Shown here: positions 1-11,760 of the stretch, piece by piece | How the letters are laid out: every line of letters begins with the position of its first letter | How positions within the stretch are numbered: the stretch's first letter is position 1 | Assembly: GCF_006345805.1 (NCBI RefSeq) | Contig: NC_042997.1 | Location: forward strand, 64,418,001 to 64,482,000 | Reading direction: 5' to 3' | Source: Octopus sinensis | Taxonomy: Eukaryota | Length of the DNA stretch: 64,000 bases | Notes under the pieces: generated by a model | What the model was told of the DNA's origin: nothing | The model's database searches: none | What the model saw: only the letters and a program-made list of their open reading frames with translations | Program-made: the position numbers and the translations under genes

Positions 1-104
1 ACATTGCGGCAAAAGTATTGTTTTGAAATTATCCATAATATGACGGGCAAGAGATTTGCTGTGTAATAAACGATGAGTTTTGTACTGCTCATCAATTTTC
101 GTTC

Positions 105-1330
105 TATTGGTTTGGCAACTAAGTTCCCGCGTTTTCTTTAAACTTTGGAATTTATTTTATTCGAATATTCTATTTTTTAATCATTTTGAAATCTATTTTT
201 CTTATATTTTATTTAATTTTAGTTAATTTTTGTTTATTTCCAGATCATTAAAATGGAATATCAAGTTAACGAGCGTTTTCGATGTCTTCTTTTGCTTTTA
301 ATCAAGGTTCTAAGGCCGCAAACGCTGTTCTCGTCATTTGTGCTGTGTATGGAGAGGGTGCCATATCTGAAAGAACCGCTGGTGATTGGTATGCCAAGTT
401 CAAAAGTGGAAATTTTGTCCTCAAAGACATACCTCGTTCTGGTCGTCCTGTTGAGTTCGATGAAGAGCGATTAAACCAACTTTTGCACGAAAATTTTCCT
501 CAAACGACATGGGAAAATGGAATGATCCTACACTTCGATAGAGAAGAATCATCACTCGATGGGAAAGGTACAGAAGTATGGAGCATGGGTTTCGTATGCT
601 TTAACTAACAACAAAAATCAACGAGCCACAATCTCCGCTGGCTTGCTTGCTCGTCACCGCTCAATTCATGGACACAAGCAACGATTTCTTTGCCGAATCG
701 TTACTGGCGACGAAAAATGGTGTCTGTACATCAATATAAACCAGCGCAAGGAATGACGTAGCCCTAGTAAAGAAGTGAAACCGCGCGTGAAACAAAATCT
801 TCATTCGCGTAAAACGATGTTGTGTGTATGGTGGGGCTGGGAAGGGATTATCCATTACGAATTGCTTGAACGGAACCAAACGGTCAACGCGGAACTCTAT
901 GTTCAACAGATGGAATGACTCAACACGGCTATTCAAGAGAAAAGACCCAATCGACAGCATGGAGTTCGTTTGCTGAAAGAAGACGCTCTCCCTCATATCC
1001 CCAAATATGACCAAGTAAGCCATACAAACTCATGGCTGGGAAGTGCTGCCACACATGCCGTACTCTCCTGATTTGGCACCAAAAGATTTCCACCTCTTTC
1101 GATCTCTTTCAAATGCTATGCGTAGAGTTTCGTTCAATACTGATGGCGAATTGAGAGTTTGTTTGGATTAATTGTTCAAGTGGAATTCGGGTGATTTCTA
1201 CCAAGGAGGTATTGAAAATCTCGTTGAACGTTGGGAAGAAGTTGTAAACAAGGTGCCTGTACATCACTATTAAACCTTTTAAAAAATTAAAATGTAAAAA
1301 AACGGCGTGATCTTGGTTGCCAACCCAATA
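105..1330 (+). mobile_element. Full-length degenerate mariner (DD34D) DNA transposon
   Basis: Imperfect TIRs TTGGTTTGGCAACTAAGTTCCCGCGTTTT (107-135) and the reverse complement of AAAACGGCGTGATCTTGGTTGCCAACCCAA (1299-1328). TA dinucleotides at 105-106 and 1329-1330. Transposase remnants inside. Confidence 0.92.
253..1262 (+). pseudogene. Mariner transposase pseudogene (multiple frameshifts and stops)
   Basis: HTH region 'ICAVYGEGAISERTAGDWYAKFKSG...RSGRP', WVPHEL-like 'WVSYAL', first catalytic D in 'IVTGDEKW', and 'PYSPDLAPKDFHLFRSL' near 1060-1105, spread across different frames. Confidence 0.9.
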
Positions 1331-2298
1331 CTTGAAGCATTGTTGCATGTTAGAAATTATATTCACTGAGAAGTCACATGTACTTTCTAAAGAGATTAGT
1401 TGAAAGAATAGTTGAACGTAAAACATTTGCGAAGCTGCGAAAAGTTAATTTCTTATCTGACACTTGTTTCAAATAATGTTCATATCAAGAAGATATACTG
1501 TGGAGACAATTGAACTAGATATAGAAATAAACAAAATCTAGGGTTCTACGATGTTGAAAATGTACGTCTGGAAAATTTTTCTTTTTGAACACACTTGTGA
1601 ATTAGGAAATTTTGAGATATTGATTTCGATAGGTGTTTTACAACCCAAGTTTCAATAAAACGTATGCATTTCGCAAGAGAGAAAAGAAAATATAGTAACA
1701 CTTAACATTATAAATCATACAATATTGCAAGATATAAAGAAACACGTATAACATGAGATGCTACTGATAGACTCTGCATTAGTAACAAAATGTAAAATAA
1801 ATATACAACGAAAATGTAGTAACGTGCGAAATTGCAATATAAAAAATTGAAATAAGGGGATGATACCAAATTAATAAAAATATAGAAACAAGATCGGAAC
1901 GGACATTATTCTTATAAATTCAAATACAGCCTTAAATCAGAAGTGCTCACACAGAGATACGAAGTATGTCATCCCACTGCCTAGTTTCACATTGTTGCTC
2001 CTTTCATTGCTTTTCAGTGCTGTAGAGTATCAAAGACATAAGTAGTAATTTCCTGAAACTAAGTAGATTTATTCCGTTGACAGACACGATGAAGTTAAGG
2101 AGAATTATTGATCGAGTTATGTGGATGACAGAGAGCTCAATATCTTATCGAATCAGCCACACACAGCTGTCCTCTTCCCAAGACGCCTACTTCTCAGATA
2201 CACTGGGTCGATCCATAATGTCAATTATTAGCATATGCATGTCTTCTAAATTTTTGCTGATGGTGATAATGCAATTGATATGTTATTTTAGATTAATT

Positions 2299-2316
2299 GC
2301 GGCTGTGTGGTAAGTA
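2299..2316 (+). mobile_element. 5' stub of a tRNA-derived SINE split by the RTE insertion
   Basis: GCGGCTGTGTGGTAAGTA joins seamlessly to GCTTGCTTACCAACC at 6291. The last 13 nt are the target-site duplication. Confidence 0.7.
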
Positions 2317-5300
2317 ATAATAATAATGTTCGCCCTTCGGGTTCGAAGATGATCATTGACATTATTTGGTGGAATTGCTGCTATGAGACCGGAGGTGGCT
2401 GGTGAGGCCAATCCGGGCAAGAATGCTCCTTCCACAAGTGGGGAAGAAGTGGGTAGGGGCTGTGCTATTGGTGCAGGTGGCTCTGGCTTTCCGCATCTGG
2501 CGTTTATGTTCTGCTGACTGAATCCGTCTCTCCTCGGCTGTCTTTGCTCCTGTCGTGATTGCGCTGCGCCAGGATGAGCGGTCGGCAGCAATGTCTCCCA
2601 AGTCTCTGTTCCGATGGAGAAGTCTTTGAGAGAGACTTTGCGACTGTCCTTGAAGCGCTTCTTCTGCCCTCCGACTTTGCGTTTGCCCTGGCTGAGTTCA
2701 CCGTAGAAGAGCTGTTTTGGGGTGCGAGTGTTGGACATGCGGGAGACGTGGCCTGCTCATCTCAGCTGGGCCTTGCGCATGGTCGTGATAGTGCTAGGGA
2801 GATCTGCCTGCTTCAGAACTTCCGTGTCTGGGACTTTGTCCTGCCAGCGGATGTGAAGGAGGTTCCGAAGACACCTGAAATGGAAGTGGTTTATCTGGCG
2901 CTCGTGCCTTCGGTAAGCAGTCCACGTCTCGCAGCCGTATAATAGGGTGGTAAGCACGACTGCCCAGTAGACTTTCAGCTTGGTGTTGAGGCTGATTCCT
3001 CTCCGCTCCCAGACTTTCTTTCGCAGTCTCCCAAACGCGCTGCTTGCCTTGGAGATTATGTTGACGATTTCAGCATCTATGTTGGCATTGCAGGAGAGAG
3101 TGCTGCCCAGGTAGGGGAAGTTTTCCACCGCTCGTAGGCTCCGTCCGTTCACCTTTATCTGAGGCTCATGGTATTGTTTGCCAGGGGCTGGCTGAAACAT
3201 CACTTCGGTTTTCTTGTCACTGATGGTGAGACCGAAGTTGTCACAGGCTGATGAGAACCTGTCCATCCCGAGCAGCATCTCCTGCTCAACGATTGCGTTA
3301 AGGGCGCAGTCGTCAGCAAAGAGAAAGTCTCTGACGACTGTCTCTCCCACCTTTGTGACGGCCTGCAATCTTCTGGAGTTGAAAAAATTCCCGTCCGTTC
3401 TGTACTTGATGTCGATACCGGACTTGCAGTCCCTGAAGGCGTCGGACAGCGTTGCCGAGAACATGATGCTGAACAGTGTTGGGGCCAGGACACAGCCCTG
3501 CCTGACTCCGTTGATCACCTGGAGGACTTCAGATGAGTTGCCGTCTTCAAGGACTCTGGCTGTCAGTCCGTCGTGGAACTGGCGGACAATTGCAATAAAT
3601 TTGCTGGGGCAACCAAATTTTCCCATGACCTTCCAGAGTCCCTCCCGACTGACTGTATCGAAAGCCCTAGTGAGGTAAACCAAAGGTTATGCAGAGGTCA
3701 AGATGCTGCTCCATGCATTTCTCCTGGAGCTGGCGGGCGGTGAATATCATGTCAGTGGTCCCTCGACCCGCGCGGAAGCCACACTGGCTCTCGGGGAGAA
3801 GGCCTTGCTCCAAGTGTTCCAGAAGGCGGTCAAGCAGGACTCGGGCCAGGATCTTGCCTGCTATGGACAAGAGAGAGATTCCTCGGTGGTTGTCGCAGGA
3901 CTCTCGATCTCCTTTCCGCTTATGAATGTGGACGATTGTTGCGTCCCGGAAATCTTGAGGGAGTTGTTCCTTGCCCCACATCGACTGGAACAGGCTGGTG
4001 AGTTGACTGATCATGGTGGGGCCGCCCGACTTGAACACCCCTGTAGGGATGGTGACAGAGCCTGGAGCTTTGCCGGTGGACATTTTTTTGATGGCTCTGC
4101 TCACTTCCTCGACTGCAGGGGGAACAGCCAGCTCGTGGTTTGTCGGCACCTGGAGGAGTCGTGCGATGGCTTCCTCGTTGATCTGGGCTGGTCGGTTGAG
4201 CACGATGTTGAAATGCTCCGCCCATCTCTCCAGGATCAACCTCTTGTTAGTCAGGAGTAAGGTTCCATCCAAGTTGAGCAGGGGGTTGATCCAAAGGAGG
4301 AATGTGATCCATAGACAGCTTTCAGCGCCTCGTAGAATTTCTTGGTGTCGTGTTTGTCTACGTATCCCTGAATCTCATCCGCCTTGGCGCTTAACCATGT
4401 GTCTTGCATGAGGCGGAGTTTTGCCTGGACTGTGCTGCGAATGTTGTTGAAAGCAGCCTTCTTTGCCGTGCAGGTGGTGTCATTTTGGTGGGCTCGCAGC
4501 AGACGGCGTTTCTCTTCCAGGAGCTTTTGGATTTCCTGATCGTTTTCGTCGAACCAGTCCTGGTGGTTCCCCGTAACTTGGCCTAGAGTTTCAAGGGCGA
4601 TGGAATGAACCATGTCCCTGAATGATTCCCACTGCTCATCGATGCTGGACTGGTCATTCCGAATGTCCAACCGCTTGCTGTCCATACGTGACTGGAGATC
4701 TTGTGCAGTCAGCTGGTTCTTTAATTTCGTGATGTTGAGCTTCCTCGTCACTTTCTGACCTCTTAGGTTGGATGTAGAAATCCATCCTGGAGATGATGAG
4801 GCGATGGTCCGTCCAGCAATCAGCTCCACACATGGCTTTGACCAGTCTCACGTCCCGCCTGTCTTTCGCCCTGACGATGACGTAATCTATCAGATGCCAG
4901 TGTTTGGAGCGTGGATGCATCCATGATGTCTTGTTGCGCGTTGGCAGACGGAACAAGGTGTTGGCGATGGTAAGATCATGAGAGGCCCACGCCCGCAAGA
5001 GGAGCTGCCCGTTGTTGTTGCACTTTCCGATTCCGTGATTTCCCAGCACGCGATGCCAGGCTTGGTGGTCAGTCCCGACACGGGCGTTAATGTCCCCAAG
5101 GAGGATGAGCTTCCCAGGCTTGGCTGACGTGATGAGGGAGTCGAGTTCCTCATAGAACCTGTCCTTAACTTCTTCAGGGTTGGTCATGGTGGGGGCGTAA
5201 GCGCTGATGATGGTCGCACTAGTCTTGTTTCCAAGTGGGAGCTGCATCTTCATCAGCCGATCGTTGATACCCTCGGGGGAGCTTTCCAGTTTCCGCACGT

Positions 5301-6277
5301 GTACTGACTTGATGGCAAAACCAACACCAGCCTGACGACGCTCTTCGCTGCTGCGACCACTCCAAAAGAAAGTGTAGCCGCCGCCTGTCTCTGTCAGCTG
5401 GCCTTTGTCCGTAAGGCGGGTCTCGCTCAGTGCTGCGATATCGACATTGTATCGGCTCAGTTCTCTGGCCATCAGGGAAGTTCGTCTCTCTGGTCTGTCG
5501 GCTTTGGTGTTGTCAAGCAGAGTTCTCACGTTCCAAGTTGCGAAAGTGAGCACCTTTGTTCGTTTCTTTCTTTGTTTCGACCACTTGGAAAGGATCCCCG
5601 CCAGCCGCGGTTTGCTGACCAGGGTGAGGTGAGGCAGGCTATGTTTAGGGCAACCTTTTCTAGCCCCGTCCTCATGCTGCGGAGGCGAGCAGAGCGATCC
5701 TGAAGAGGGCTACTCGGTCACTCAGGAGGCTGCCGGACTCCACTAGTGCCTCAGTTCAGTGAGGGGCGACCACATGTCCTGAGCCGCCTGCGTGTGGGTT
5801 CACTACTGCAGCTCCCAGTGTATCTTCACCTGCTACTTCGCCGTTTCCCCATCGCACAGGACTTTGTGATGTTGGTGTCATGACGTGCGCGTGACTTTGA
5901 TTATAGTGAGATTGACTTGCGCAGGATCAGCCTCACTCTCTCGTCCTGGTGCGTCGGATCCAGTGGGAAGACAAAGTCAAGACGGCTAGGGGTAGACCAG
6001 GATGCAGGAGCTGCCGGAAGGTGGCACGCATGGCGCAATCCAACCGCCTTAGGGGCTCCACTCCGGATTTATGTAGGTTTTTGGATGGCCATTGACTCAT
6101 GAGAGAGTTCCTCTGCCCTTTGACAGGTTTTGTTTTTAGTCCTGCTGTGCGTCCAAATCACCCTCCTTACCAAGAAATCTTGGTGGGGTTGCCAGTTTAG
6201 TCGCCAACGACCTGACCATGTAACAGGTTGTACTGGGTTACATGTTACCGGTAGCTCCAAGCGGAGACCTGACTATA
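2317..6277 (-). mobile_element. Full-length RTE-clade (RTE/BovB-like) non-LTR retrotransposon
   Basis: 13-bp TSD TGTGTGGTAAGTA at 2304-2316 and 6278-6290. Short (TTA)n 3' tail at 2317-2327. About 720 bp of 5' region followed by one APE-RT reading frame. Visibly GC-richer than the flanks. Confidence 0.95.
2362..5553 (-). pseudogene. RTE ORF: AP endonuclease, reverse transcriptase and C-terminal C2H2-like finger, disrupted
   Basis: APE motifs 'TWNVRTL', 'ALSETRL', 'LLGDINARVG', 'HLIDYVIV', 'TDHRLI'. RT motifs 'RGISLLSIAGK', 'QCGFRAGRGTTD', 'GVRQGCVLAP', 'FLFADDCAL', 'YLGS'. Degenerate finger 'FPTCGRSILARIGLTSHLRSH'. Four frameshifts (near 4765, 4280, 3680, 2590) and a TGG>TGA stop at 2757-2759. 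Confidence 0.95.
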
Positions 6278-6621
6278 TGTGTGGTAAGTAGCTTGCTTAC
6301 CAACCGCATGGTTCCGGGTTCAGTCCCTCTGCGTAGCATCTTGGGCAAGTGTCTTCTACTATAGCCTCGGGCCGACCAAAGCATTGTGAGTGGATTTGGT
6401 AGACGGAAACTGAAAGAAGCCCGTCGTATATATGTATATATATTTATATGTGTGTGTGTATGTTTGTGTATCTGTGTTTGTCCCACTAGCATTGACGACC
6501 GATGCTGGTGTGTTTACGTCGCCGTCAATTAGCGGTTCGGCAAAAGAGACCGATAGAGTAAGTACTGGGCTTACAAAAGAATAAGTCCCGGGGTCGATTT
6601 GCTCGACTAAAGGCCGCAGTC
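6278..6621 (+). mobile_element. Octopus-type tRNA-derived composite SINE (body)
   Basis: B-box-like GGTTCAGTCCC, then TTGGGCAAGTGTCTTC...GACGGAAACTGAAAGAAGCCCGTCG, an internal (TA/TG) run, and tail GAATAAGTCCCGGGGTCGATTTGCTCGACTAAAGGC. The same tail family recurs at 39512-39719. Confidence 0.85.
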
Positions 6622-6711
6622 TCTTTTACTCTTTTACTTGTTTCAGTCATTTGACTGCGGCCATGCTGGAGCACCGCCTTTAGTCGAGCAAATCGACCCC
6701 GGGACTTATTC

Positions 6712-6715
<4 letters not shown>
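6622..6715 (-). mobile_element. SINE 3' tail fragment in inverted orientation
   Basis: Reverse complement reads AAAAGAATAAGTCCCGGGG...AAAGGCGGTGCTCCAGCATGGCCGCAGTCAAATGACTGAAACAAGTAAAAGAGTAAAAGA. Confidence 0.8.
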
Positions 6716-6784
<69 letters not shown>

Positions 6785-7017
6785 TTTTTATTAAGCGGCA
6801 TCGACTTTTAGAATCCTATAGATAATAGTAATGGTATTTTTATAAAATTGAAGCTTATAAGCGATTACCGCGCAATGGTTAAAGAAAATAGTCTAATATA
6901 AGCCCTTGACTGAAAAAATTAGGTTTTCCCGTACGCGTGGGGCACGAACCCAGATCTCTTTGTTTTCGAGAAAAGAACGCGCGATGATCGCTTATAATCT
7001 TTCAGCTTATAAAGGCA

Positions 7018-7085
<68 letters not shown>

Positions 7086-7400
7086 ATTTAGAGAATTGTA
7101 AAAATCGACGCCGCTTAACAAAAACCATCGCAGTAAAAGCACATGAATTTTAGTTTACAAAAACATTACGAACTAATTATATTTCTTAAATCTAACAGCC
7201 AAAAGAGGGTTGTGCGCTAGTGTAATGGTAGCAGTCTTGTCACGAAAGCAAATGAGTGTCGTTTCGAGCTCCACACGTACGGAAAAAGCTACGATTTTTT
7301 TCGTCGAGGGTTTTTATGCCACATTATTAGACTATTTTCTTTAGATATTGTGCAATGCACGCTTATAAGCTCCAAGCTTATAAAAATACTATTATTGTTC
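6785..7400. repeat. Two diverged, oppositely oriented copies of a tRNA-like repeat
   Basis: ~7255-7400 is a diverged reverse complement of ~6826-6950 (shared AAGCTTATAAGC, AAAGAAAATAGTCTAAT, CCGTACG). A-box-like TAGTGTAATGG and B-box-like GTTTCGAGCTCC at ~7218-7272. A 24-bp inverted pair at ~6785-6808 and ~7100-7123. Confidence 0.5.
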
Positions 7401-8864
7401 TTTATATAATATATGTGTGTGTTTGTGTGTCTGTGTGTACATGAATATTATAATGAATGAAGAAGTGCGGGACTATGTCCAGTTTATTTTTTCCCAACGT
7501 TATTAAAAAATGTATTAGAAGAAATTATAAATGAATAGTTAAAAAATTAAAACTATAAGGCATATTTGTATATAAAGTATAATGTTTATTTCAAGATTCG
7601 CTTTTGTTTTAAATATCAACTTCCGTTTGAATTCCATATATAAAAAATATTTTTCCTTCGCGTCCTTAAAAAGATGCAATAAAAACAATAATCCCTATAT
7701 AACAGAATTAACTTTTTAAACTGTGTTAGACTGCGGTCATGCTGGAGTACCACCTTCAAAATTTTATATCAATATCATCTCCCAACACCATTCTTCGCAC
7801 ATTGTCAAATATGTGTTGCAGTATCAAGAGCGCCAAATATAAATATATAAAAGTATTAAGAAATAAATGAAAAGGGTCCATTTGCTAACAGTTGTGTCTG
7901 CACAAATTCTACAGTGATGTGAGGCAGTCATTACTCTCTTTTAATTGAAATGTATTTAAATTTCTTTATAATTGCTAGGAAAGGGACACTAGAAACACTT
8001 AAGACGTCTATAAGAGAATATAATAAAACAATATAGCAAAACTCAACTTTTCATATTGGTAAATGTAATTCGTTAATTGCCACCAGAACATCTATTTTCA
8101 AATTTACTCAAGTGAAGATAAATGAGCATTTCCACCTGACAGTCCCATCTCTTTTCCAACTTTCATTATCATTTTTTTAAATGTATCATGGACTATTTTA
8201 CTGATTACAGAATAAACTATAGCTGAGTCTCTGTTCAATTCATGAGCATATTGCCTATTTACTCTATAAATTATGCATCATATCTATATGTATATATGAT
8301 ACCAATATGCGCAAAAAAAAATATGCTAGCTGAAAACCGCCAGGAGGGTGGCTTTTCTTCTCGTAATAATGATTAAATGTAACAACAAAAGAATGAGACC
8401 TCGATATTAGGGAAGTAGGGAATTATTTATTTGTGTTATGATTTAGTACAAGCAGTAAAGTTGTAGTACAAGGAGTTTCCAATGTCGGAGTGAAGAGTCA
8501 CGATACATTTTCATCGGCTATTAATGGTAAGAGATGCTGTGAAAAACTGTTTAATAAAAGGGAACTCTAATACATGGAAAATATGGACAAAAAGATAAAA
8601 GATCTACGCAAACATATTCCTATAATACATAAACTTAAACCACCTGCGTTCAAAACGACTACATACGTACAAACTCACAAAAACATGTATACATACATGT
8701 ACACACAAACAGACAAGTATATATGTATGTACGTACTCATGCATACAAACATATCCATGCACACACACGCACACATGTATATATATGTACGCAACCTCAT
8801 CCTCACATAGACATAGTTGCTTGTATGCATACACGTTTCATAATACGCATACATTTAAACAATT

Positions 8865-8948
<84 letters not shown>

Positions 8949-9509
8949 TTATATATATATCAATATCTACATATACCAATCATACTCATATGTCCATGTA
9001 CACATGCATACCCATATATACGTGTATCTGTAGGTATTATCGCCCCTGTAAACTCAGGTGTATATACTTTTCATACATACATTCACATATACACATACAT
9101 ACATACGTACACGCATACGCACACACGTACATATACACGCACCTATGCATGCACGCATATACACATGAATATAATTAGATAGTTGTGATATTCGAGTATG
9201 AATGAGGAATTAGATAGGGATTAGGATTTAAAATGTAGATTTATAAGGTTATTGGGATTACCTAAGGGTTATTGGGGAAATATGGTCGTTTAGGTATTTG
9301 GATTTGTGGTCGAATTTGAATGTGTCGAAAAAGCGTTGGTTGCATGTGCTAGTTCTTCCTTATGTTTATTTAGCGGAGCTGAAGTGTTATGTTTCAATAT
9401 GTGAAGCGTCTCCCCCAGGCAAAGTTTGCAGGTTGAGCGTTGACCTCGGTAGCGAAGCCTATGTATACATATGTATATATTAGACATATATATAAATATA
9501 TATATATAT

Positions 9510-9896
9510 AACGTAAAGTATACTAGCCATCTCAATATAGCTAACCACTAAGGGTGGGTATTATTGTAGCTTTTAGCCCCAGGAGATCATCATCTCCAGC
9601 TGGCTTTAGGCACACTTTCTGTGCACTTATGATATTTGCAAAGGGAGGTCATCCCTCTCGCGTAAACCTAAGTGATACGCACGGACTGCAGTTTCGAGGC
9701 AAATACCTCGAAACTGCAGTCCGTGCGTATCACTTAGGTTTACGCGAGAGGGATGATCTCCCTTTGCAAATATAAGGGCACAGACAGAAAGTGTGCCTAA
9801 AGCCAGCTGGAGACGATGATCTCCTGGGGCTAAAAGCTACAGTAACACCCACCCTTAGTGGTTAGCCATATTGAGATGGCTAGTATACTTTACGTT
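9510..9896. mobile_element. 387-bp imperfect palindrome (foldback/MITE-like)
   Basis: Arms 9510-9699 and 9706-9896 are reverse complements around the loop CAAATA, with a few substitutions and small indels. Left end abuts (TA)n. Confidence 0.8.
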
Positions 9897-9942
9897 GTCG
9901 AGCGGTTACTGTTTACATCTCGTTTAGAGATTTATTATTGCT

Positions 9943-9996
<54 letters not shown>

Positions 9997-10174
9997 GGCT
10001 TAGTAAAATAAATTACTTTGCCGCATACTGAACTCATTAGAAATAGCAGCTAAAAAAACTTTTTTAAAACTATTTCTAATACTTAAAGAAAACCTCTCTC
10101 TTATAGTGTTTACTCAATTCAACTCACGCAAATATGGGGGTAGAGACATTAAAAAATCAAGTGCAAAGGTTATT

Positions 10175-10226
10175 TGAGAACGTACGTTTCAAGATTATTC
10201 AACACGACATTTCTATCATCAGCTCA
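10175..10226 (-). ncRNA. Type I hammerhead ribozyme, family A copy 1
   Basis: UGAG-CUGAUGA-U-AGA...UCU-U-GAAA-CGUACG-UU/CUCA. Helix I UGAG:CUCA, palindromic helix III ACGUACGU, predicted cleavage after GUU between 10179 and 10178. Confidence 0.8.
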
Positions 10227-10731
10227 GAACTCCCTGGTTTGGATTTGAAAACACTGAAAGTGGGAGCATACCCTTTCGGCCTCCTCTCGCTTCCGAAGAT
10301 CTGCTCGTAACTAACAGTGCCAACAAACCCAAAAATGCAAGCGAAGAATTTCTGCTCTCCCCTTTCCACCAGCGTGGGTTAAAATCAGTAAACACTATGC
10401 TTTTTTCGGTAAAGTCCGCGGCATTATATAGAGAGAGATGAATTATAATTTCAACAATTGAGGGTAAAATTAATTAATTAATCAATTTCACCAAGTATTC
10501 AGTATGCAAAGGGACCATTTAAGGCGAATTCAAATTATTACATTATATAAAAGGGCTTAGTAAAATAAATTACTTTGCCGTATACTGAACTCATTAGAAA
10601 TAGCAGCTAAAAAAACTTTTTTAAAACTATTTCTAATACTTAAAGAAAACCTCTCTCTTATAGTGTTTACTCAATTCAACTCACGCAAATATGGGGGTAG
10701 AGACATTAAAAAATCAAGTGCAAAGGTTATT

Positions 10732-10783
10732 TGAGAACGTACGTTTCAAGATTAGTCAACACGACATTTCTATCATCAGCTCA
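10732..10783 (-). ncRNA. Type I hammerhead ribozyme, family A copy 2
   Basis: Same core and helices as copy 1. Predicted cleavage between 10736 and 10735. Confidence 0.8.
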
Positions 10784-11171
10784 GAACTCCCTGGTTTGGA
10801 TTTGAAAACACTGAAAGTGGGAGCATACCCTTTCGGCCTCCTCTCGCTTATATAATGTAATAATTTGAATTCGCCTTAAATGGTCCCTTTGCATACTGTA
10901 TACTTGGTGAAATTGATTAATTAATTAATTTTACCCTCAATTGTTGAAATTATAATTCATCTCTCTCTATATAATGCCGCGGACTTTACCGAAAAAAGCA
11001 TAGTGTTTACTGATTTTAACCCACGCTGGTGGAAAGGGGAGAGCAGAAATTCTTCGCTTGCATTTTTGGGTTTGTTGGCACTGTTAGTTACGAGCAGATC
11101 TTCGGAAGCGAGAGGAGGCCGGAAGGGTATGCTCCCACTTTCAGTGTTTTCAAATCCAAACCAGGGTGTTC

Positions 11172-11223
11172 TGAGCTGATGATAGAAATGTCGTGTTGAC
11201 TAATCTTGAAACGTACGTTCTCA
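11172..11223 (+). ncRNA. Type I hammerhead ribozyme, family A copy 3
   Basis: CTGATGA 11176-11182, GAAA 11208-11211, CGTACG 11212-11217, GTT triplet ending 11219. CTCA 11220-11223 pairs with TGAG 11172-11175. Confidence 0.8.
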
Positions 11224-11503
11224 AATAACCTTTGCACTTGATTTTTTAATGTCTCTACCCCCATATTTGCGTGAGTTGAATTGAGTAAACACTATAAGAG
11301 AGAGGTTTTCTTTAAGTATTAGAAATAGTTTTAAAAAAGTTTTTTTAGCTGCTATTTCTAATGAGTTCAGTATGCGGCAAAGTAATTTATTTTACTAAAC
11401 CCTTTTATATAATGTAATAATTTGAATTCGCCTTAAATGGTCCCTTTGCATACTGAATACTTGGTGAAATTGATTAATTAATTAATTTTACCCTCAATTG
11501 TTG

Positions 11504-11543
<40 letters not shown>

Positions 11544-11760
11544 TCAATTTAGGGTAGCAAAAAAATTCAATAGAAATTTATCGCTACCAGCGGCCTGATG
11601 GAAAAGAGAAAATAGTCAACGACTAAATATATATATATAACAATTTAGGAGTGACCCTAACAGGTCATTCGTCCACCAGAAAGAGCAGCCATAACTCACA
11701 CCGCCAAGTAGTAGTAATTCAGAAATAGGTGAAAATTTAAAAACATTTACCCCAATTCAT

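Larger units (their letters stand above)
9992..11511. repeat. Array A: 557-bp tandem units each carrying a hammerhead ribozyme, with an internal inversion
   Basis: Period 557 (TCATCAG at 10216 and 10773). 1.5 units with the HHR on the minus strand (9992-10849), then 1.2 units on the plus strand (10849-11511). (TA)n on both sides. Confidence 0.93.

Noticed and set aside
2559-4586. Several 100-185-aa plus-strand ORFs inside the RTE
   Set aside because: They are antisense shadows of a GC-rich coding sequence.
8574-9182. ORFs rich in Y/I/H/T/C/V/M, here and throughout the track (e.g. 20701-21162, 36140-36615, 54001-54345, 61525-61863)
   Set aside because: They are translations of (TA)n, (CA)n and (TATG)n microsatellites with no coding signal.
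9992-11511. Pure sequencing fold-back artefact as the cause of the inversion
   Set aside because: Not favoured: arms differ by substitutions, and both arrays show the same polarity and TA anchoring. It cannot be fully excluded without raw reads.
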